A stretch of DNA of 64,000 nucleotides, from NCBI GenBank assembly GCA_000708835.1, contig DF237016.1:1-64000 (forward strand), in the 5' to 3' direction. The first letter of the stretch is position 1, and each line of letters begins with the position of its first letter. Of the stretch, positions 11,801 to 24,112 are shown in pieces. The notes under the pieces are model-generated. The model searched no databases. It saw only the letters and a list, made by a program, of their open reading frames with translations, and was not told the DNA's origin. The translations under genes were made by a program, and so were the position numbers. This stretch comes from Klebsormidium nitens. Its lineage: Eukaryota; Plantae; Klebsormidiophyceae.

Positions 11801-14800
11801 TCTGCCTCCACCCTCCCTCTCGTCGCTCCCATACACCTCCGTCACATTCCTAAACTTACCCTTGGCCCCCTTATTCGTGCCTTTCCCCTTCTTGCCCCCT
11901 TCCGCTGCCCCGCTCTCCCGCCCTGTGTGCTCAGTCTCCTGTGCACCCCGTTCGTCGTCTTTGCCACCCAACCGTGCTTCACCGCTCGCATTCTCGACTT
12001 CGTGTGCACGCCCTTCCTCGCTCCGATCACCAGCCGCAATCAACTCCCCTTCTCTCACTCCAGTAGCTTCGGACGGCTCATTTTCCCCCTCGTTTGATCT
12101 CAGAGCCGAACCCTTCCGGCTGTGTGACGCTCCCCGCGCCTCTTTCGCCGACTCCTCTTCACTGCCGCGCTTCCCCCCGTTCTCCTGCCGCATCGCACTT
12201 TCCGCCTCCCGCTTTCTCTTCGTTTCCTCGTTCTTCCTCTGCTCTGCCCGGTGCTTTTCCAGCGCCTGCCGCGCCCACTCCTCCTCGATGGCCGTCACCT
12301 CGTTCTCCCCGTCTGCCGCTCCCTCCTCAGACCCATTCTGTCGCAACTCCACCTTCTGCTTCGCCAACCCGCTCCCAGGTCTTCGCCCCGTCTCTACACT
12401 CGGCTCCGTTTCCTCCTCGCCCACGTTCTGCCGCGTCGTCAGCCGCAGATCCCCTGCTGCCAGTCCACTGGCGCGCCGCGCCCTAGCCGCAGCCGCGCGC
12501 TCTTCGTCCGTCATCTCGATGGCCTCGCCGTCTGAATCTTGGACGACCACCTCCATGTCGTCATCCTCCCCACCGCTGACGTCACCTCTAGAGGCGGCCG
12601 CACCACCGCCCTCCGCAGTACTTCTGGGCTGCCCCTCCTGCTCGGATCTCTCCCGATTTGTGTTCGTAACCTGCGGGTGAAGACTCCCCCGTCGCCGCTC
12701 CTCCTCTTCCCGCCTGCGCCGCTCCTCCTCTTCCCGTGCGCGCCTCTCTTCCTGCTCCCGCACGCGCCTCTCCTCCTCTTGCTGCGCCCTGCGCTGCAGC
12801 CACGCGTCCAGCCCGCTGTTGAGCAGCACGCCCACCAGCTTGTTCTGCACCGTGCGCTTCACCATCTCCGCCAGCTTCTCGCGCACAATGCCCAGCGCCA
12901 CCGTTTGCGCCGCCACCGCCTCCCTCCGCTGCGGCGCGGGCGTGTCCGGGAGCTCCAGCGGCTGCGCCATCAGCCGGCCGGGGTACAGCGTCGCCATTTT
13001 GGGTGTTGACGGACCGTCGCTCTCTGCTGCTTCGTCCTCCGGTGCTGCGGCGTCTTGGGGCGCATGACTGGCTACGGGGAGTTGTGCGGGCGGGGTTGTG
13101 GGGAGAGGAGAGCCGCGGTGGTTGAGAAGTGTGAGCAACTGGCCCGAGTCGGCGGCGGAGATGAGGGACTGCAGGGGGCACGGGGGCATCCAGCCGTCCG
13201 CATGGAGCATCTGCAGGGAGCGACGTCACACATGCTCAGAAACAGTCGGACTAAAGCGGGATCCCGCCTTGATTGCCGGGATCGCAGGATCCCCAGTATA
13301 AACATTGCGAAGGACATCAACACTTTGACACTCGTTGCAGGCACGGACATGTTTCTTTCGTCCGCTCACTCCAAGGAGAACAACAAAGAGTGTGGTTCGA
13401 CCCTTATCCAACGAGCATTAGGGCGTCAGGGCGGCACCCAGTAGCTCATCCGCCTGGCGTGTGGACTGACCTCTAGGTGGGGGTACAGGTTGCCCTGCTC
13501 CAGCCAGATGCGCAAGTGCTGCAGCATGAAAGGCCCCGCCGCGCGGCCGTCCGCCCCCTGGTACCGCCACACGGCCGCCGCCTCTAACTGGACAACAAAA
13601 CAAGGACGAAAGCAGCGTCAGAGGCAGAGATCGTGTAGAAACTTAATCTGGTGTGGCCCAGCGACTTGCATCTGGTCCATCACAAAGTTCACAGCTAGGC
13701 TGTGACGCAAGTCGAGCAGTCAGTCGACCAGTCAACGCTCAGCACAGCTTCGTGCCTGTCCTACTGCCACGACCTCTTGCAAATGACGGCTGAACAGTCG
13801 AGTGCGTGGAGAACTTCAAGCGAGCTGCGCTTGTCTCTGCTGCTCAGCAGATAGAGTGCGCATTGGTCGAACCAACCACATCGGAAGCCCGGTTGTCAGC
13901 GTTGTATCCCAAACTTCTGCTGAAATTGCTGATGTTTACCTGCTCTTGTGTCATCCCCCCTGGCTGCAGCGGGGCCCCACCCGTCCCCGCAGGTTGCTGA
14001 CGAGGCTCCGGCCCCCAGTGCGGGACCGCACCCCCCTGCGGCGCAGGCTGCGAGGATGGGGCCCACGCCGGGCGTGCCGCATGCTGCCCCAGAGGGGCGG
14101 CCTGGTTCTGCCAGTGAAGCTGTGGTTGTTGATAGGGGCCTTGGGCGCCGTGCCACTCTGGCTGGGGGCCCGACCAGCGCTGGGGCAACGACTGGGGGTT
14201 TGAGCCCCAGGGACCACCCTGTGCTGGCGGAAGAGCTCCGGAGGGGGCGTGGCTGGGGGCTTGGGCGGCGCGAGCGGCAGCGAAGGCGGCTGCCTCCTGG
14301 CGCAAGTGGGCAAGGTGTCCCGGCGGGGATCCGAGAGCGGCGGCCGCCGTCATCTGTACAGGGACGGGCAGCTTTACCGAGGTGTCCGCATCTCGAGCAC
14401 CACTTGCCGGCACTGCCACCTTCGGCTTTGCTGCGGCCGTGCTTTTTACGGCGCTCGTTGAAACGTTTGTGGCTGCCTGGCCGTCTTTGCCCGCTCGGAC
14501 AGAGGGATCTTTTGCGGCCGGCGGATGTTCGACCTCCGCCGGCGACTCCCGCGGTTCTAGCTTCGCTTCCGTTGCTCCCCCTCTCTTTCCCCTGGAGGTT
14601 TCACCCGGCACCTTCGCCGCCCGTGGAACCTCTGGTTGCTGTCTTTCTCGAGGAGGACGCTCGTCCTTGGCAGTCCCCCACCGAACGGGCTTCCCTACGA
14701 CCTTGTGGGACGCGCCTTCCTGCAGGGAGTCCTTCTGACGAAAAGCAGCCCCAGCCTCTCCAGATGACAGCGGCAAAGCGGTGGCCGACACTCCCCTCGC

Positions 14801-17800
14801 CCCATGTCTGTCTTTGGAGACACTCTCAGTTAGGTCTGGCTGCTGCCTCAGCTTGACCGGGTCCTCCTCCTTCAGCAGTGAAGGTGCGAGCTCATCCTCC
14901 TGCGCAAACGCAGACAGCAGCGGAGCCTTCTTCAGGCCCTGCCCCGGCCTCTTGAAGTCCACCCGCACCTTGCCACGATTCTCGGCACCGTCACTTTCTG
15001 ATGCCCCCCCTTCTCTGACCGTATGTTTGCTAGAAGGCACTATCTTCACCTCCGCCTTGATGTTTCGCTCTACCCCAAGACGCAACTCCGCCCCCCCTTG
15101 CGTGACCTCTTGCCGCTCTCCTCCTTTTGCTGACCGATCTGAGCCAACGGCCTCCTTCGCTGCTGATCCTCGCTCCAGCATCTCTGCTGCTTCGGTCACT
15201 GCCCCAGCTGCTCTTAAACCCGTTAAGGCAGATGAGCTCTTGCTGTGAGGGGGCACACCCCCCCGGCTCGTCTCCGGTTTTCCCTCTTCCTCCTTGGGCT
15301 CCTCCATGGCTTCCAGGTCGACTTTCCCGTCCAGCAGGTCTTGCAACCTGACGGGAGGCCAGAAGCCGTCCCTCTTCTTCTTGTACACTTGCAGGTGCGG
15401 CTTCAGCTTGCCGCTCTCCAGCCCGTCCATCAGCAGGTCCAGCGGGTACGGCCCGCTCATCTTCTTGCTGCGACCCTCGTAGCACCACTCCGCGTCCGCA
15501 GGCAAGCTCGCAGCGCTTGCCGCCGCCTTTTCCCTGCTGCTGGCCTGCTTGCCGCTCGGCCCTGCGGTGACACCACTGTCTCCTGCTTTAACAACTGTCT
15601 TTTGTCGCCCGGACTCCACCTCAGGCGCCCGTTGGCTGACGCTGGGCTCTCTCTCTCGTCTCTCTGAGATCGTTTTGGGCGGTTGGTCGTGATCCTTCGA
15701 CCGCACCGACTGCTCGCCCGGTCTCTCCCCCCGTCCTGCTCCACTATGCCTCGCGGCCCCTTGAGACAAGCTCCCCCTCCCATGCTCGCTGTCGGATATC
15801 GCGGGCTGACCCGCTATATCTTTCCTGGCCTCCTGCCCCAGACTTGCGCTCCTTTCGTCTGCCAGACCCCTGGCTGCGTCCCTCCTCCGCTTCTCGGGGG
15901 GCTGATTGGCTGCGGCAGTCGGGGACGCCCTCTTGAGGGGTGCTGCTAGACCGACCTGGGCCAGCTTCTCCTGCCGTGTTGCCTCCCAGCGTGCCTTGCG
16001 TGCCTCCACCTTCTCGTCCCTGCTAAACAGGAATTACAGATCGTCTAGGAAGAGCAACTAAGGCTGCCACCGCAAAGTCACTCTATAGTGCACTCTCGAG
16101 CAGTCACCTCAACTTGGACAAGTTGCAAAAGCGTCCTACATGATGCAATGTGCGACTATTGTGAGATAGTCCACAAGAGATTTGGCACGTGTGAAAAACA
16201 AATCACAAGCCTGTGTGTTGAACAGGAGTACCATCTTGAACTGCATCCATCGAGTCTCTTTCTGTAAACCATTGAGTTTCTGCAAAGAAGAAACTCATCG
16301 TTCCCAAAAGAAGATATTATTGTGACCGTTGCACTCACCTGCTTCCTGAGGCTTTCCATGGCTCCCCCCCCACTGCTTGTTCACCTCTCCCAAAACTTCT
16401 CCCCTCCACTTCCTTTGCTCCTTCTCCATCTCTCACACTGCCCACTCTGTCCTCAGAGCGTCCTTCCAGTTCAGGGTCGCTTCTCACCCCTGCCGCTGAT
16501 GCTGGCGACGCTCTCCTGCCGGCCACTCTTTCCCTGTTTTCGTCCTGAGGTCTCGCTGCACTTGTATGTCTCGCTCTTGCCGCTTCCTCCCTGGGCTTCT
16601 CACTTTGCCTGCCACTGCGCAAATCCTTTTCCCCACTTCTTTCCATCCTTTCTCGCACGTGTTCTTGCTGCTCGGGCGCCCCGATGCGTCGCCGATCAGA
16701 TACTTGTGGCTTCCCATCCAACTGACTCCCATCCCTCGTGCTAGCTGGCAGCTTCCCCGCTTCCCTGGCTCCCTCATAAAGAGCACTCTTCGGCTTGGCT
16801 TCCTGCTTGTGCACCGCCTTCTTCTCAACTCTCCCGTCCTTCCGCTCAGGAGGGGCACTCAGGTGTCGCTGTTTACTCTTTGAATTTTCCTCCAAAGTCA
16901 AGTGGTATCCCTTCTTGTCCTCAGACGGCTTCAACCTTGAGGAAACCCCGGTCCCCTTAAACCCCCAACTCTCTTGCGAGTTCCCATCAGCTTTCGACTT
17001 TGCTTCCGCTCGCCTGAGGGCCCTCTCACGAGCCAGAAGAAATACAGCTTCTCCGGAACTTCGGCTCTCCTCTGTTACACTTTTCCACTTTGATTTGGAG
17101 TCGGCACGCCTGCCTTCTGGAGCAATCACCTCTTCGCCTCTTTGTTTAAGCTCCACTTGAGTCTCCGCATCAGCACCTCGCGGCTGCCCCTCCTTCCTAT
17201 CATCTATTTTACTCCGAGCGTATTTAGCTTGATCGGCAGGCCTTTTATCCATGCTTTCTTTATCACCACCACCTGTGCGGTGATGTCGCAAACTACTGAC
17301 CGCAGAAGGATCCTTTCTTCTGACCCCATTACGATGTCTGCTCTCACCCCTGGGTTGAGGGTCACCATTAGCTCTTTCATTGAGAACTTGCGCATTGCCC
17401 GCTGCAAGGCAAGAACTGTGCCCGGGACCCTTTCTTTGGTGCTTTGGCAGTGGCCCCAGCTTCTCAATCCTGCTGTTGATGTCCGCCTGGAGCCACTCCT
17501 CTGTTGGATTGTGGTTCACAGTGGACTTTGTTTCGCGCTCACATGGTTCCAAAGTTGAGCGGTGGCCCCTCTCACGTTCACTTGCAACTCTGTCTGATCT
17601 GTGGAAAAGAGTTGTGGGGACGGTGCTGGCCAACAAAGTCTTATCAACTGCTGCCCCTAAAAACTCAGCAGACTTTGACTTTTCCTGCCTGGGAAAAATT
17701 CTGGCACTTGCAGCTAGTTTGCTGCTAGCCTGCCGAATGCTGGCCTGCTCGTGCCTTTGACTCGGCCTTCCTGCATCGCTTGCTGAGCTCTCAGAGTCCT

Positions 17801-17864
17801 CAGAAAGTTCTGAAGAAACTTCACTCGAAGACGAAGAAGTTGACAGTATCCTACTCGCTGCCAT
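8845..17864 (-). CDS. ATXR7: SET1/ATXR7(SDG25)-type histone H3K4 methyltransferase with GYF-like domains, SET and post-SET (~2,300 aa, 8 exons)
   Basis: Exons 16339-17864, 13940-16019, 13471-13587, 10972-13210, 9992-10662, 9565-9699, 9073-9224 and 8845-8866 are phase-consistent. Motifs: [86 protein letters not shown]-like segments [16 protein letters not shown] and [16 protein letters not shown]. Confidence 0.92.
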
Positions 17865-18227
17865 TGCCCCACATTGAGCTCCGTCAACTTTATAGGGGAA
17901 AAGCCATTGTAAGCATTTGAATTTTGGCAGCGAGCCTGCAGGACGCGCAGCAGATTCAGCAATGCTCCGAGCGACTTTTGCACTGCCAGTGCCGCAAGTA
18001 GTACAAAGAACGGAGTTGTAGAAGTGTTACCAGCCATGTGTTACCTAGGCCGGCACTTTGGGCCGCGAGATTGCCGATGATCCCGTCGTCGCGCGTGCAG
18101 AAACGCGTCATCCAATACAGCTGACAGAAGCACCGAGCGACCCTATGCCACTCTTTCTATCTACCGGGCAGAGATTAACTAGGCTCTTGCAGTCAGCCTT
18201 CCCGCCTCACCGAACGGTAACCTTTCC

Positions 18228-18235
18228 TGACGTCA
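18228..18235. promoter_or_regulatory. TGACGTCA palindrome (bZIP C-box/CRE-like) in the ATXR7/PEX14 divergent promoter
   Basis: Exact 8-mer; the same motif occurs in two other divergent promoters of this window. Confidence 0.35.
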
Positions 18236-18637
18236 ACTTCCGAACCGGGGTCTGAACCAGCAAACAGTACTGAAGCCCCAAGACCGAAGCTCGGTCTACC
18301 GTATCACTTCGGAAGCTTTAACCGTGATTGATTTGACCCTCCGAAACCACTTGGTTGTCGTGCCTCTACCCAGCCCCTAACCAAGAAGTTGTAGACCGTA
18401 CCGAGAAGAGCAGCGTGCCCGGGCTATCAAATTGGCCCAAAGATGCTGACGCACCTCGCGCGTAAAAGTAGCATGTGAACACTTTTACAACTCCGTTCTT
18501 TGACCTTTTTGCGCCAGTGCCACCAGAATTGCCTACCCCGGTCCCCCATGCGCAACATTGTGACCAAACTAGACATGGCGGCTAGACTAGGTACATAGTA
18601 AACAACGTGAAACTGACCAATCAGCCTGCTTCAATTG

Positions 18638-18657
18638 TACACGTGGTTCCACGTGTA
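18638..18657. promoter_or_regulatory. Pair of G-boxes (CACGTG) in an inverted arrangement upstream of PEX14
   Basis: TACACGTGG-TT-CCACGTGTA, with a CCAAT box (GACCAATCA) about 20 bp upstream. Function is inferred. Confidence 0.45.
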
Positions 18658-19100
18658 GATACCGTAACAGAACCGCAGGGTACGGTACCCTACCCTGTGC
18701 CTGCTAGCCCAAGCTGCCCAGACAGCATGATACCGTACCACGTACCTGTAAAACCCGGTAGTAGGTACCGGTTTTGACAAACAGGTGTCGAGTCAGCATC
18801 ACTTTTGCTGGGCCTTCCGAGCCATGTTCACAGGACAAGCCAGGAGTCGAACTTGAAGTTGAAGTGGGTGAGTCAAACATCCTTGGAGTTTCTGTAGGCG
18901 ATAGTTTCTTGATCAGCCTCATTGGGCTCGGTGCGCTTTCCAAGCCCCCTGTGCACATGTGACACTTCCTCCCCCAGTTGATCAGGACAGTGCCAATCCT
19001 TTTCTGACATTTTTGCTTTGAGGGCATAACGTAGGTATCCAATCTTACCAGCCTGCTAGAGCTGCCGGCAGTGCTATCACTATTGACGTCGCCACAAAAT

Positions 19101-22100
19101 ATGGCGGACATACCATCAGCTCCTCCTGTGGTGCAAGCGGAGGAAATCTCGACTACTGCAGGCGAGTCCTCGACCAACTTTTGATTTCTTTGTTTGTTAG
19201 GAAAGTGCTATATGTATTGAGTGAGTGGCTCAATGTTCACCTGGGGTGTTTGCTGTACGACAGAGTTGGGGTAGGCTGCTTCACTTGAGAAGCTATGAGA
19301 AGCATGTGACGTCCATGTCTGGCTGTAAGTTGTAGACTGTTTCAATGGGCAATCTCAATGAGTGTGTTTTCTCAGAGGGGCCCCATCTGCATGTTGTCTT
19401 CTGTGGGTTTCTAATCGACTATCTTTTCAATGTACAGAGGTCAAGACACCCCTTCCGGACCCGCCAGCCACTTTGTCTGCTGAGGCTGCTCCTATTGTGG
19501 AGGAAAACCTTCCCCTGCGGGAAGACTTCATCCAGAATGCTGTCAAGTTTCTCTCTCACCCTAAGGTTCAGGGCTCTCCCGTCCAGTACCGGCGATCCTT
19601 CCTGGAAAAGAAAGGTCTCAACAGTGCTGAAATCACTGAGGCTTTTCGGCGGGTTCCGGTGAGTGGGGCACTGCAGGGGCAAGTGAGACTGTTGCAGTGC
19701 ATCAGCGGATTGGTGCTCTGCCGATGACTAGGGCCATGCTCTTGCATTCACAGCACATGTCCGTGAATGGTACTTCAAACATAGCAACGTGTGCGCTGGG
19801 GCCCCACTTCGACACCTGATTTCAGATACTCTGCTCACCTGCCTTCTGTGCCTCTAGTCACAGGGAGAAGTCACCAGCCTGATTTGTGCCCCAGGTTTTT
19901 CCGCTCTTGATAGACTTGTGTGTCGCTGCCCTGCAGTTGACCTGTTCAGTCTGTCCACCTTGTGCAGGACACGGCAACTGCCCCCCCCGCACCCCTCCCT
20001 GCCACCACCACAGTGACCACCACCACCACCAGCCCGGCCCCACCTGCCCCGACCGCATCCCCAGTGGCTGTACCCCCCCGGCCAGCTGCGGTCTTGCGAA
20101 AGCCCTGGGAACAGACTGCTCAGCCAGCAAGTGCCTATCCTGCCGCCGGTCAGCAGGTTGCGGCGGCCCCCCAGGCTCAAGTTGCACCGCGGCAGGGCGT
20201 GCGATGGACGCAGATGGTGCTGGCACTGGGGGTGCTCTCTGCCGCGGGAGCGGGGACTGTCATAGTCACCAAGGTGGGCCTGCTTCGGCAAGTGACAGTC
20301 TAATGGCCAGAAAGTGCCCCTTGTGCAACCGGTCCCTGCTTGTGGATGAGACTCAATCTATGCAGTAATGCAGGGAGGGGCCAGAATGGCAAACAGCGTT
20401 TCAGTGGCTCTATAAACCCCCATTGATGCAAAACACCTGGTGAGTGCCTTTGATAGAGGAGATTCTCCATGCGCACTCCGCTCAAGTCGTCTCCTGTCTT
20501 TTAGTATTGGCAGGATCTCAAGCATATTCATGCTTCACATCCCTGGTAAGAATTTTCCAACTAAATTTCGATTGTCGCCCTTTTTGCCAGCAATACCTGG
20601 TCCCCCGCTTGCGCGCCTGGCTCCGCCGCTGGCTGCTGGACATCAGCGAAGAGGTAGGGGGCGTCCGCAAGCTCACTCCCGTGGAGGAGGCCGCCAATGC
20701 CGCCGCCGCAGCCGCCAGTGCTGCAGCAGAGGCGACAAAGATCATGAAGGAGGCCAGGGAGGAAGTCAAGGAAGTCAGCGCAGAAGGTGAGGCCGCTCTC
20801 TCATGCTCTTGAATATGCAGTGCGGCGGGAGTCTAGGGTCTGGTCAGTCAGGTTGGTACATTTGCCCCATGTGTTGCCTCGTTACTTGGTCTGTTTTGCA
20901 GCGTCTAGTTTGTCATACCTCAACGAATTGCCTCCTTACCACCGAGCTTTGCAGCTGACCGACTTCATGTACGCTGTTTTGCTTTTTATAAAACATATTC
21001 AGTAAATGTTGATAGATCTGCTGTCGCTTTTTGCTTGTCACTTGTCCTTCTCCGCCTCCATCTGCCCTTCCCCTCGAGCCTCCATCCTGGCCTCCCTGCA
21101 GGGGACCGGAAGCTGGAGGCCATCCTGGGTGCATTCCAGGCCCAGACGCGTGAGCTGACGGCCACTCTGGGCAGCCTGAAGGGGGCACTGGAGGAGCGCG
21201 AGGAGGCCCGCAAGGAGGCGCTCATCTTGGGGACGGCCAGTCACCCCGAGGGCGCGCCTCCGGTGAGCCTGCCAGACCTGCGCAAGGGTGAGCCCGCCAT
21301 GGCAGCTCTGTATGTCAACCCTGCTGGATTACAAGCAGTCCACCCTTGTTGACCTTATCATGTCACGAAGACGTGATATTGAGGTTGGGTTTGTACATCG
21401 ATCAGCAGTCAGGCCCGCTCTGACGGGACCCTCTCAATAGCATGTTTGTCCTGTCCAGTGAAGATTTACGGCTGCAACTGATTTGCATCAACGTACATAT
21501 CTTGTAAAAATCCTTGGCAGATCCATCGAATCAAACTGGAGCTAAGATTCTGGCTTTGGTGCGGGGTCCCATCTTCGAGCCGCATGTCACTCTCTATGCG
21601 CAGCTATTCGGGCATCCACGAGTAAAACTGTCTTTGCCCGATCCTGCTTTTGCGCTGACACCCCGCCGCTCTTTGTTTGCAGAACTCCTCAAGTTTACCA
21701 GCGTGATGACGGGGTTCACCGGCACCCCCCCTGCGAATGAGGCCGCGGCGGCGGGTCTCTCTGGGGCGGACGTGTCGGAGCTGAAGGCCTTGGTACTGGA
21801 GCGCCGCGCCGCCGCCGTTCAAGCTCCCCGTGGCCCTGCTGTCGACCGAGAGTACGAAGAATCAGAAGATGGCCTGAACTGGCTGCAGTCCTCGCAAACG
21901 GCGTCCCAAAATGACCTAGCAACAGCCCCCCGGTATGATTCTGCTTCGAAGGGCCCTGTAAATACGAGCGTAGACCGCCGTGCGCTGGGGACGACTGCGG
22001 CCGGTCGAGCTGGTCCTGCGAACCAGGGCCTCGCGATGCAGCCCGCATCTGCGAGCATGGAGCCCCGTTACGAAGACGCGAATGGGTATCAGGAGAAAGG

Positions 22101-23124
22101 TTCACGGCCCACGTCAGCCAACTCGATGCCGCTGAGCCAGGTCGCCTCCGGTCAGGAGCTGCCGCACCGCCCAACCAGCTCGCCGGCACAGGGCCCCGAC
22201 CACGCCCCCCACTCCCAGTCGTACATGGACGTCCTCCAGATGCTCAAGGACGGCAAGCCGATCCCGGGCATCCGCGACATCGATGACAAGCCTCCAAACC
22301 CCAACCAGCCCCCGACCGACCCCAAGCTCAAGCCCCGCGCCAAGCCCTGGGAGAAGGGCTTCCAGCAGGTGTCGGAGAAGCCAGCCAATGGGGAGGCACC
22401 CCCGCCGTTCAACATTACCAACTCCAGAAGCGCCGCATCTCCTGCCCCGGTCTATTCTTCTGATGGACAGGCCCCTTGGTGGCGGAAAGCACAACCCCTC
22501 TCGCAGCCCGGGGTCAGCGGTCCGCCGCAAGGGCAGGACGGGTACCCTCCGAGGAGCACGGCGAGCGGGGCTGAGAGCGAGAGTTTTGTGCACCCTGCGC
22601 TTGCCGGCGACATCGACCCCCCTCGGCCCCAGGCGGTGCAGTCTGAGTTGGCATCAGGAAGCGCCCCCGCAGACCCGTCCTCCGGCCCGAGGATCACGGA
22701 AGTGCACAGCGAACCAGTGGAGGCGCAGGCCGTCGAGGCGCAGCCGGGGCCCAGCAGCAGCAGAAGCACGTCCGGCGCAGGGGGGTCGCAGGGAACCGAG
22801 AGGCCGGGGCTGGGGACTGGCGTGCCAGCTGTCCCTTCGAAGCCAGCCTGGCGCCCTCCGGCCGTGCCCGGTTTTGCCATGCCAAGCGCTGCGGAGGCCA
22901 TCAAGGGCAAGGGCAAGGTGGTGCCTGTGACGCCAATGGCGTCAAATGGGCACCGAGAGGTGCGAGCGGCGGCTACTGGGGAGGGTCAGGGGGAGGGTTC
23001 AAGTCAGAGTGGGAGCGTGGAAGGCACGGATGACAGATTCGAGAAAAGCTATGCAGGTGTGGTTCAGGCCGGAGGCGGCAGCCAGGAGAACGAAGGGATG
23101 GAGGCCGGTGGAAATGCGGAATGA
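19101..23124 (+). CDS. PEX14: Peroxisomal membrane import docking protein PEX14 (6 exons)
   Basis: Exons 19101-19161, 19438-19658, 19968-20273, 20591-20786, 21102-21287 and 21683-23124 are phase-consistent. Pex14 N-domain PLREDFIQNAVKFLSHPKVQGSPVQYRRSFLEKKGLNSAEITEAFRRVP, hydrophobic segment RWTQMVLALGVLSAAGAG, and plant C-terminal motif SYMDVLQMLKDGKPIPGIRDIDDKPPNPNQPPTDPKLKPRAKPWE. Confidence 0.93.
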
Positions 23125-24070
23125 TGTTGAGATGCTTGTTGGCTGGTTGACAGTTAACTTTGGAGTTAAGGGACTGAAGCTACTTGCATCATCATAGAAG
23201 GCACAGGTAGCATGTCAGGAGACACGGCGTGTACTCAGCCACTATGTACAGTCGAAGTGCATTGGTTCACTGTCTTGGACGTCGCCTAGGCCATTTCTTT
23301 TGCTCGACATCTTGGGAAGTGTTTGCAGACATGGTTATAGTTGTTGCCGGCATATCGACATTGACAATCTGGGACGAGGAAGCGTTTGAATAGAGTCGGA
23401 TCTGACGAATCATGGTGGCAGCTTTAAAATGCATGATCCGTTTAATTATGCGATGAAGTTTGCATGCCAACCTTGAATCATTCAAGTTGCATAAAGCCGT
23501 TACATATGACATTTGAGTCTGGATTCAATCGAGTTTCAACGTAATGATGCAAGGTAGGTGCCTTCTCCAGAGCCTATCAAAAACCGTACGTGTAGCATGG
23601 CGCTGTATATTTGTTAATGCATGGTGACAACATGGCGCGTGATGTTGATCCAACATGAATCATCATGCGGATCCCAGGCGCTGCCGCTGAGGCTGATGCA
23701 TGAGCCGCTGTCTCAGATCGTAGTGCAGTGACGTACCAGCTATTTTCCGCGTTATACATCTCCGTCAGTGCATAGCTTCGATAGACCAGATGTGTAAGAG
23801 CATCATGTATGCATTGGATATCGGCTGGACTCCATGAGCTAGCTTGCACGCTGAGCGCTCAATCTTATAGATTATAATTACATTTCGCGCGCGAGCGCTC
23901 GCGCTGCCGTGGTAGTCCTACCACCCAGCTCAGACTACCTAACTGGTGCCTCCCGTCCGCTTTCAAGTTTCACTGTTTCAGCACTCGTTTGATTTCTGGG
24001 CGCTCCTGTGGCGCCCTTGCACATGGGGCAAACCCGGTTTCCCAGCCGGGCTCGTTCTTAGAGTCACGGC

Positions 24071-24100
24071 AGCCGAACCCGTGGAAGCCGAACCCGTGGA
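24071..24100 (+). repeat. 15-bp tandem duplication (AGCCGAACCCGTGGA x2) just upstream of the MORC start codon
   Basis: Two exact adjacent copies in the sequence. Confidence 0.8.
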
Positions 24101-24112
24101 AGAAGTTGAGCC

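Noticed and set aside
11196-13229. Long plus-strand ORFs (e.g. 11601-12680, 359 aa)
   Set aside because: They are antisense shadows of the GC-rich, low-complexity ATXR7 exon; the Ser/Pro/Phe-rich products mirror Glu/Lys/Gly codons.
13948-15667. Several plus-strand ORFs of 120-300 aa
   Set aside because: Antisense to ATXR7 exon 2, with no domain motifs or independent splice structure.
21716-22916. Minus-strand and alternative-frame ORFs over the last PEX14 exon
   Set aside because: Frame shadows of GC-rich coding sequence.
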